From: Longimicrobiales bacterium
GTDB taxonomy: Bacteria > Gemmatimonadota > Gemmatimonadetes > Longimicrobiales > Gaopeijiaceae
DNA length: 64,000 nt
Assembly (NCBI GenBank): GCA_965202805.1
Contig: OZ241869.1
Span: 896,001 to 960,000 of the forward strand
Direction of reading: 5' to 3'
Below the pieces are notes generated by a model. It was not told where the DNA came from. It did no database searches and worked only from the letters and a program-made list of their open reading frames with translations. Each line of letters begins with the position of its first letter. Position 1 is the first letter of the stretch. Of this stretch, positions 56,421-64,000 are shown in pieces. The translations under genes and the position numbers were made by a program.

Positions 56421-57531
56421 CTATCCGACCCCGGCCGCTCCGAACTGTTTCAGGTAGGCCTGGATGAAGGGATCGATCTCCCCGTCCATTACCTTCCGGA
56501 CATCCCCGACCTTTACGCTCGTGCGGTGGTCGTTGACCATCGTGTAGGGTTGGAACACGTACGAGCGGATCTGGTTGGCCCAGGCGTTGTCGGATTTCGT
56601 GGCCTCCAGCGCCTCGCGTTCGCGCTCGCGCTCCTCCACCGCCCGCCGGTGGAGCGCGGCGCGCAACATCTTCATCGCAGTCGACCGGTTCTTGTGCTGC
56701 GAGCGCTCCTGCTGACACGACACCACGATGCCGGTAGGCATGTGCGTGATGCGGATGGCGGAATCCGTCTTGTTCACGTGCTGGCCCCCTGCGCCGGACG
56801 CGCGGAAGGTGTCCACCCGCAGGTCGGCTTCGTCGATGTCGACCTCGATCTCATCGTCGACCACGGGATACACGAAGACGCTCGCGAACGAAGTGTGCCG
56901 GCGCGACTGGGAATCGAAGGGGGAGATGCGCACCAGACGGTGTACCCCGTTCTCCGCCTTCAGGTACCCATAGGCATGGTCACCTTCGATTTCGAGCGCG
57001 GCGCTCTTGATGCCGGCCTCCTCGGCGGCCTGAAGGTCGAGCACCTTCAGGCTGCATCCGCGCCGCTCCGCCCACCGGGTGTACATGCGCACGAGCATCT
57101 CGGCCCAGTCCTGGGACTCGAGTCCGCCGGCGCCGGGATGGACCGTGAGGAGCGCCCCGCGGTGATCGTCTTCCCCCTGGAGCATGGTCCGGAGTTCGAG
57201 GCCGCTCACGTCCCCGGCCAGCGACTCGACATCGGACGCCCATTGCGCCTCGATCTCTTCGTCTTCCTCCACAGCGAGCACCTCCGCCCACTCGCCCAGT
57301 TCCTCCGCGGTGGCCGCCAGCTCGCGCCACGGCGCCACCCACGTCTTCAGCCGGTTGGCAGCGGCGATGAGCCGCCGCGCCTCCTCCGGGTTGGCCCAGA
57401 ACCTCTCGCCGGACTGGGCCTGTTCCAGCTCCCCCAGCTTCCGTTCGCGGGCGTCGATGTCAAAGATACCTCCGAAGTTCGGAGATCCTGGCTTCGAGGT
57501 CGCGCAAGCGTTCGATGGCTTCGTTGTGCAT
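56421..57531 (-). CDS. prfB: Peptide chain release factor 2 (programmed +1 frameshift)
   Basis: ATG at 57531 gives 23 codons ending CTT-TGA; the +1 frame continues from 57461 to 56421 with SPF and GGQ motifs. Confidence 0.95.
57459..57473 (-). promoter_or_regulatory. RF2 frameshift cassette GGAGG-TAT-CTT-TGA-C
   Basis: Internal Shine-Dalgarno three bases before the CTT TGA C slippery site. Confidence 0.93.
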
Positions 57532-57576
57532 GGATCCGGTCGTTTGAACCGCCCCGGCCGAAGAGCGTCCCGTCTC

Positions 57577-58041
57577 TCAGAAGAGGTGCTCTCCGCGGGC
57601 CAGCGTCGCGTTGAGTTCGTCCTGAAAATAACGACTGCCGTAGGCGAGGTCCTCTCCCACCCGCCGGACGTATTCCGCCCAGGAACGTCGAACCTCCTCG
57701 GCGAAGTCCTCCTTCAGCGTCCCTCGCTCGAGCGCGCGCTCATGCCGGTCCCGATGGTACTGGATCATGTCGGAGACGAGCACCCGCGCAAGGCGCGCGG
57801 CCCGGCCGGCGGGATCGGTGACGGCGAAGGGCCTCGGCGCCTCGGTTTCCGGCGGCTTCCTCGAAGGTCCGGCGGGAGCCGTCGCGCCACGCGCGCGCAC
57901 ACCCGCAGGCTCCACGAGGAAGATGCTCGCGCACGCGCCACAGCGCGCCCGGACGCCCCCCGCCGGCACTCTACCCGAGTCGACCGGATAACGTGCCGAA
58001 CACGCCGGGCAGGTGACCGTGAAGACGGCGTGGACTGTCAA
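57577..58041 (-). CDS. Zinc-ribbon (MJ0042-type) domain protein
   Basis: CPAC...CGAC, Pro/Ala linker, helical C-terminal domain (ARLARVLVSDM). TTG start uncertain. Confidence 0.75.
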   Translation of the reverse strand: MTVHAVFTVTCPACSARYPVDSGRVPAGGVRARCGACASIFLVEPAGVRARGATAPAGPSRKPPETEAPRPFAVTDPAGRAARLARVLVSDMIQYHRDRHERALERGTLKEDFAEEVRRSWAEYVRRVGEDLAYGSRYFQDELNATLARGEHLF

Positions 58042-58082
58042 GGCAGACGATCTCCGGGTTCGAGCGGCGACATCTCGGAGTG

Positions 58083-58120
58083 GACCAGGCTCACGTCGGA
58101 GTAGACTAGGCTCACGTCGG
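58083..58120. repeat. 17-bp direct repeat with 21-bp period
   Basis: gaccaggctcacgtcgg (58083-58099) and gactaggctcacgtcgg (58104-58120), one mismatch. Confidence 0.85.
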
Positions 58121-58165
58121 GAAGCGCGCCATGCTCCGCCGGGTGAAGGCTGGGCCGGGGCAATT

Positions 58166-59245
58166 TCAGGGCAACAGTTGTCCGCCTACCCACCACCTGT
58201 CGTGCGCCTCCGGAACCACGACCAGGCGGAACTCGGCGGCGGAATCCACGGCGCGCAGCCGCGCCGTGATGAACGCGTCGAAGGCAGCGGCCAGGTGATT
58301 CGCCAGAATCACGCCCACGAGGGTCGTAACCCGGCGCAGCGCGGCATCGCTCCTGCGGATCAGCCTGTCGTATTCGGCGCGGCTGACGTCGTCACCGTTC
58401 CAGTCCCACTGGAATTCCGGCCCAATGCTCCGGACGGCATAGTACTCCATGGCCTGCTCGTACTCCGACGTGCCCGGTCCGGGCATTCCCTGCTCTCCCG
58501 GCACCAGAAAGATCTCCCGGGCAAGCGACCAGAGGGCTCCATTGAAGGTGGTGGTGTCGGTCTCAGGTTGAACGCCGCCGACGTAGGGATCCTCGTCGAA
58601 GGCGCCCGACGCCCGGTACTGCCCCAGCGCCTCGTAGTACTCGAAATCGCCATCCATGCGTTCTCCAAGCGTTCCCCGGCGCGCGACGTACCATGCCAGA
58701 TCGCGGTAGCGGGCGCGGAAGTCGTGTCCCGTCCGCTGCCTCTCCCACAGAAAGGCCCATCCGGCGAGTTCCACAGCCATGAACCCCAGCCAGCGGATCT
58801 TGTGCAGGCGCTGCTGTCCCCATCCCGGGAGCACTCCGGAGTAGAGGAGGGCCCGGGTCGGGGAAATCGCCGCCGGCGCAAGCTGTCGCCCTGTCAGGAT
58901 GGCACTGTGCCCGTACAGAGGGGATGCTCCGGCACCGAAAGCGTCGTGCAGCCCGCCGCCGGCCAGGAGCACGGCGGGTGTCGCCCCACCCCGCCAGCCG
59001 TCGGGAGGCTGTTCCGCGGAAATGCTTGCCAGCGCCGCTTCCCAGACGGGGGATGGCGTATTCCTCGTCTCGAAGGGAGTCTGGCTCCAGAGACCCGCGG
59101 GGCTGCCCACCAAAAGCATGAGCGCGGCGCATGCGAGCCGGCGGCGCGCGGGCCGGGTGAACTCCGCCACCGCTGCGCGGGCTGCTGGAGTGAGCAAGCA
59201 ACCGGACATCGGCCTTGTCGCGGGCCGATGCACGCCGAGGTTCAT
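58166..59245 (-). CDS. Hypothetical exported/membrane protein
   Basis: ATGA overlap with upstream stop; LPGWGQ motif plus TM. Start uncertain. Confidence 0.65.
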   Translation of the reverse strand: MNLGVHRPATRPMSGCLLTPAARAAVAEFTRPARRRLACAALMLLVGSPAGLWSQTPFETRNTPSPVWEAALASISAEQPPDGWRGGATPAVLLAGGGLHDAFGAGASPLYGHSAILTGRQLAPAAISPTRALLYSGVLPGWGQQRLHKIRWLGFMAVELAGWAFLWERQRTGHDFRARYRDLAWYVARRGTLGERMDGDFEYYEALGQYRASGAFDEDPYVGGVQPETDTTTFNGALWSLAREIFLVPGEQGMPGPGTSEYEQAMEYYAVRSIGPEFQWDWNGDDVSRAEYDRLIRRSDAALRRVTTLVGVILANHLAAAFDAFITARLRAVDSAAEFRLVVVPEAHDRWWVGGQLLP

Positions 59246-60306
59246 CGGAAGACCACGCCCAGGCTCACGTGCACAGGCTCGGAGCCGGTCGCCAGAGACG
59301 TCCGGGTAAGCGAACGCGCGACTCCCAGATCGAAGCGACCGACGCGAAGGCCCAGCCCGAGCGCCGCCCCCCCTTCTCCGTCGCGCCCGAAGGCATAGCC
59401 GACGCGGACGGACAGGATCTCGCTTCCGGTGGTGGCGACCTCCGTTCCCACGTGGACCGACGGCGATCCCAGATCGCGCCACCGCTCCTCCAGTTCCACC
59501 GTGAAGCGAAGGTCGAACGCCGACTGCTCCTCAAGGTGATCCAGAATATCGTAGGCAGCCGCAAAGCGCGCCCGCACCGGCAGCGGATCGGCCTGTTCGG
59601 CGTTGACGACCTGAAGGTCCGGACCCAGGTGCGCGATCATAAGCCCGACCCGGAGCGGCACGGCGTCCGAGAAGGTGGCCTGGACACCGGCGTCCACCGC
59701 GTAAGTGGTCGCGGTCACCCCCTGGTCCAGGCACTGCCCGCGGCACCCGATACGGAACTGCACCATCTTGAAGTTGGTCCCCACGCTCACCCGATCGACC
59801 AACTCGGTCGCGAACGACACCACCCCCTGGTACCCGCGTACGCTCAGGGAACCGAGCACTTCGCCCCCGACGCCGGTCATCTGCTGGTCTCCCACGTTCA
59901 GCTCCTGATAGGAGATTCCCAGCGTCCCCACCGATTCCCGGCCCATGAGAAAGGAGAAGGCGGTCGCCGTGCCGGCGAGCTGATCGCCCCGATACAGGAA
60001 GAAGCGCCGGTCCCGGACCTGGGCGAGCCCGGCCGGGTTCCAGAAGGCGCTCTCCTGGGACGGGAGCGCCGTCATCGCCCGCCCCATCGCGATTCCCTGG
60101 GCGCCCACCGGCAGGATCAGAAAGAGGGCCCCTTCGTTGGAGGGCATCCTGCGCGCGACGATGGCAGAGGCGTCAGCCGCCGCCGCGAACTCGCCTTCCT
60201 GCGCAGTCGCCGGCACAGGCCACGCCCCCGCAATCAGCAGCCAAAGAGCGCAGAGGCGCCTTGTCAACCCGGCGCCTCGCCGTCCCCGGTGCACGCGCGC
60301 ATCCAT
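59242..60306 (-). CDS. PorV/PorQ family outer membrane beta-barrel
   Basis: ALFLILPVGAQGIAMG...SAFWNPAGLA signature, amphipathic strands, signal peptide. Confidence 0.8.
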   Translation of the reverse strand: MDARVHRGRRGAGLTRRLCALWLLIAGAWPVPATAQEGEFAAAADASAIVARRMPSNEGALFLILPVGAQGIAMGRAMTALPSQESAFWNPAGLAQVRDRRFFLYRGDQLAGTATAFSFLMGRESVGTLGISYQELNVGDQQMTGVGGEVLGSLSVRGYQGVVSFATELVDRVSVGTNFKMVQFRIGCRGQCLDQGVTATTYAVDAGVQATFSDAVPLRVGLMIAHLGPDLQVVNAEQADPLPVRARFAAAYDILDHLEEQSAFDLRFTVELEERWRDLGSPSVHVGTEVATTGSEILSVRVGYAFGRDGEGGAALGLGLRVGRFDLGVARSLTRTSLATGSEPVHVSLGVVFR

Positions 60307-60325
60307 CCACGGGCTGCCAGCGAGG

Positions 60326-61234
60326 TCATTTCGTCTCGTGATCGCGGGGAACGGCAAAGCCCAATCTCCGAAGGTGTCCACGCTTGCGCCGCCACCCGGC
60401 GAGCACCTTGACCCGCAGGTCGAGGTAGACCCGCCGGTCGACGAAACGTTCGATCTTGGTCCGGGCTCGAGAACCGAGTTCACGGATCGCGCGCCCGCCG
60501 TCTCCGATCAGAATCCCCTTTTGAGACGACCTCTCGACGTACAGGATGGCTTGAATATAGATGGGATCGCCGTCTTCGCGGAACTGCTCGAGCCGGCAGG
60601 AGACGGAATACGGTATCTCCTGGCGGTATAACTCGAACACACTCTCGCGAACCAGTTCTGCTGCGAAGAAGCGCACCGGATCGGACGCGATGAGGTCCGG
60701 CGGGAACAGGAAGGGAGATCGCGGCAACTCCGCCTGCAGCGCCTCGCGCAACTCTTCGACGCCGGTGCCCTCCAGCGCCGAAACCGGGAAGATCGGGGCG
60801 CCGAGCGCACGCTCGGCTTCCACGACCAGCGTCTCGACGGCCCTTCCTGGAACCGCGTCGATCTTGTTCAGCGCCGCCATCCGCGGAGTCGGCGTCTGCT
60901 CCAGGAATGAACGCAGCGCGCGCCACGGGCTGCGCTTGCGCACGGCAACCGCATCGAGCACCACCAGGACGATGTCCGCGTCTTCGACGGCCCGATATGC
61001 CGTCTCCACCATGCCCCGGTGGAAGAGGTCGCGCGCGGCAAACAACCCCGGAGTGTCGATGAAGATGATCTGGTGCGCCGGGCCCGAGTAGATCCCGGCC
61101 ACTCGCTGCCAGGTAGTCTGCGGCCTGGGCGTGACGATGCTCAGCTTTTCGCCCACGAAGGCGTTGAGCAGCGTCGATTTGCCGACGTTGGGAGCACCCG
61201 CGAGGGTCACGACGCCGGCCCGCGTGTGGTTCAT
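60326..61234 (-). CDS. era: GTPase Era
   Basis: GAPNVGKST, PQTT, DTPG, NKID, QEIPYS, SQKGILIG. Confidence 0.95.
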   Translation of the reverse strand: MNHTRAGVVTLAGAPNVGKSTLLNAFVGEKLSIVTPRPQTTWQRVAGIYSGPAHQIIFIDTPGLFAARDLFHRGMVETAYRAVEDADIVLVVLDAVAVRKRSPWRALRSFLEQTPTPRMAALNKIDAVPGRAVETLVVEAERALGAPIFPVSALEGTGVEELREALQAELPRSPFLFPPDLIASDPVRFFAAELVRESVFELYRQEIPYSVSCRLEQFREDGDPIYIQAILYVERSSQKGILIGDGGRAIRELGSRARTKIERFVDRRVYLDLRVKVLAGWRRKRGHLRRLGFAVPRDHETK

Positions 61235-61253
61235 CAGTGAGCGTCCAGGAGTG

Positions 61254-61286
61254 AAAAAGAACCCCCCGGAGACGTGCTCCGGGGGG
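61254..61286 (-). terminator. Rho-independent terminator of the rRNA operon
   Basis: 10-bp stem CCCCCCGGAG/CTCCGGGGGG, 5-nt loop, followed by TTCTTTTT on the minus strand. Confidence 0.9.
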
Positions 61287-61298
61287 CCGATGGAAGAA

Positions 61299-61415
61299 GC
61301 TGGCGACGACGTACTCTCCCACCAGGTCGCCCCGGCAGTACCATCCGCGCAGCGGGGCTTAACGGCCGTGTTCGGGATGGGAACGGGTGTTTCCCCCGCG
61401 CTGTGGTCACCAGCA
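61299..61415 (-). rRNA. rrf: 5S ribosomal RNA
   Basis: CCCGTTCCCATCCCGAACACGG, GATGGTACTG, GGGAGAGTA motifs; ends approximate. Confidence 0.95.
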
Positions 61416-61589
61416 ACAAGTTCCATGGGTCTGATGAGAAAGGGTCCCGGACGTCCGGGTTGAAGCTCCCGTCCGATGCGGGATAGCTTCACGCTCGATG
61501 GGTTGACGCGGTCCGACACTGCCCGCCGGGCAGGTGCCGGACCTTTCCTGCGGACTTCCAGAGGAAGTCCTGCCTGATGCGAGTCATGC

Positions 61590-64000
<2,411 letters not shown>

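Noticed and set aside
56421..57531. prfB as a truncated gene or pseudogene
   Set aside because: Canonical programmed frameshift cassette is intact.
58062..58120. Direct repeats as a CRISPR array
   Set aside because: Only 2-3 units, 4-bp spacers, no cas genes.

Overview
High-GC (about 70% by eye) chromosomal segment of a diderm bacterium. Gene content and order (fused lpxC-fabZ, PorV-family gene, bshC, mcsA-mcsB-clpC, DUF512-der) suggest the Gemmatimonadota/FCB group; this is inference. Layout: (1) 1-8974, a + strand operon kdsD-lptC-lptA-lptB-rpoN-wecB-GT4-polyprenol-P-mannose synthase. (2) An AT-rich intergenic region with a 28-bp dif-like XerCD site (9117-9144) and a cluster of palindromic 10-mers. 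(3) About 9.3-22 kb of mixed-orientation accessory genes: M23 peptidase, creatininase family, MFS, TPR proteins, ppk2, APC permease plus amidinotransferase, ggt, DUF423. (4) An uninterrupted run of about 42 kb on the - strand, from an rRNA operon (partial 23S, 5S) through era, porV-like, frameshifted prfB, lysS, lolE/D, mcsA-mcsB-clpC, bamA, skp, lipid A genes (with a gnnA-like gene), bshC, murJ, uvrC, gltX, tRNA-Gly, DUF512, der, plsY, gpsA, surE, tRNA-Arg and an Ig/LVIVD protein. Genes on both flanks point toward the dif-like site, consistent with the replication terminus. Most interesting candidate system: an LptA-family protein with 20 Bacteroidetes-type D-(S/T)-(A/I/L/V/M/T) O-glycosylation sequons, encoded in the same operon as a polyprenol-phosphate-mannose synthase and a GT4. 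This hints at general protein O-mannosylation outside Bacteroidota. No mobile element, integrase or CRISPR array was seen. All product calls come from motif recognition, not database searches.
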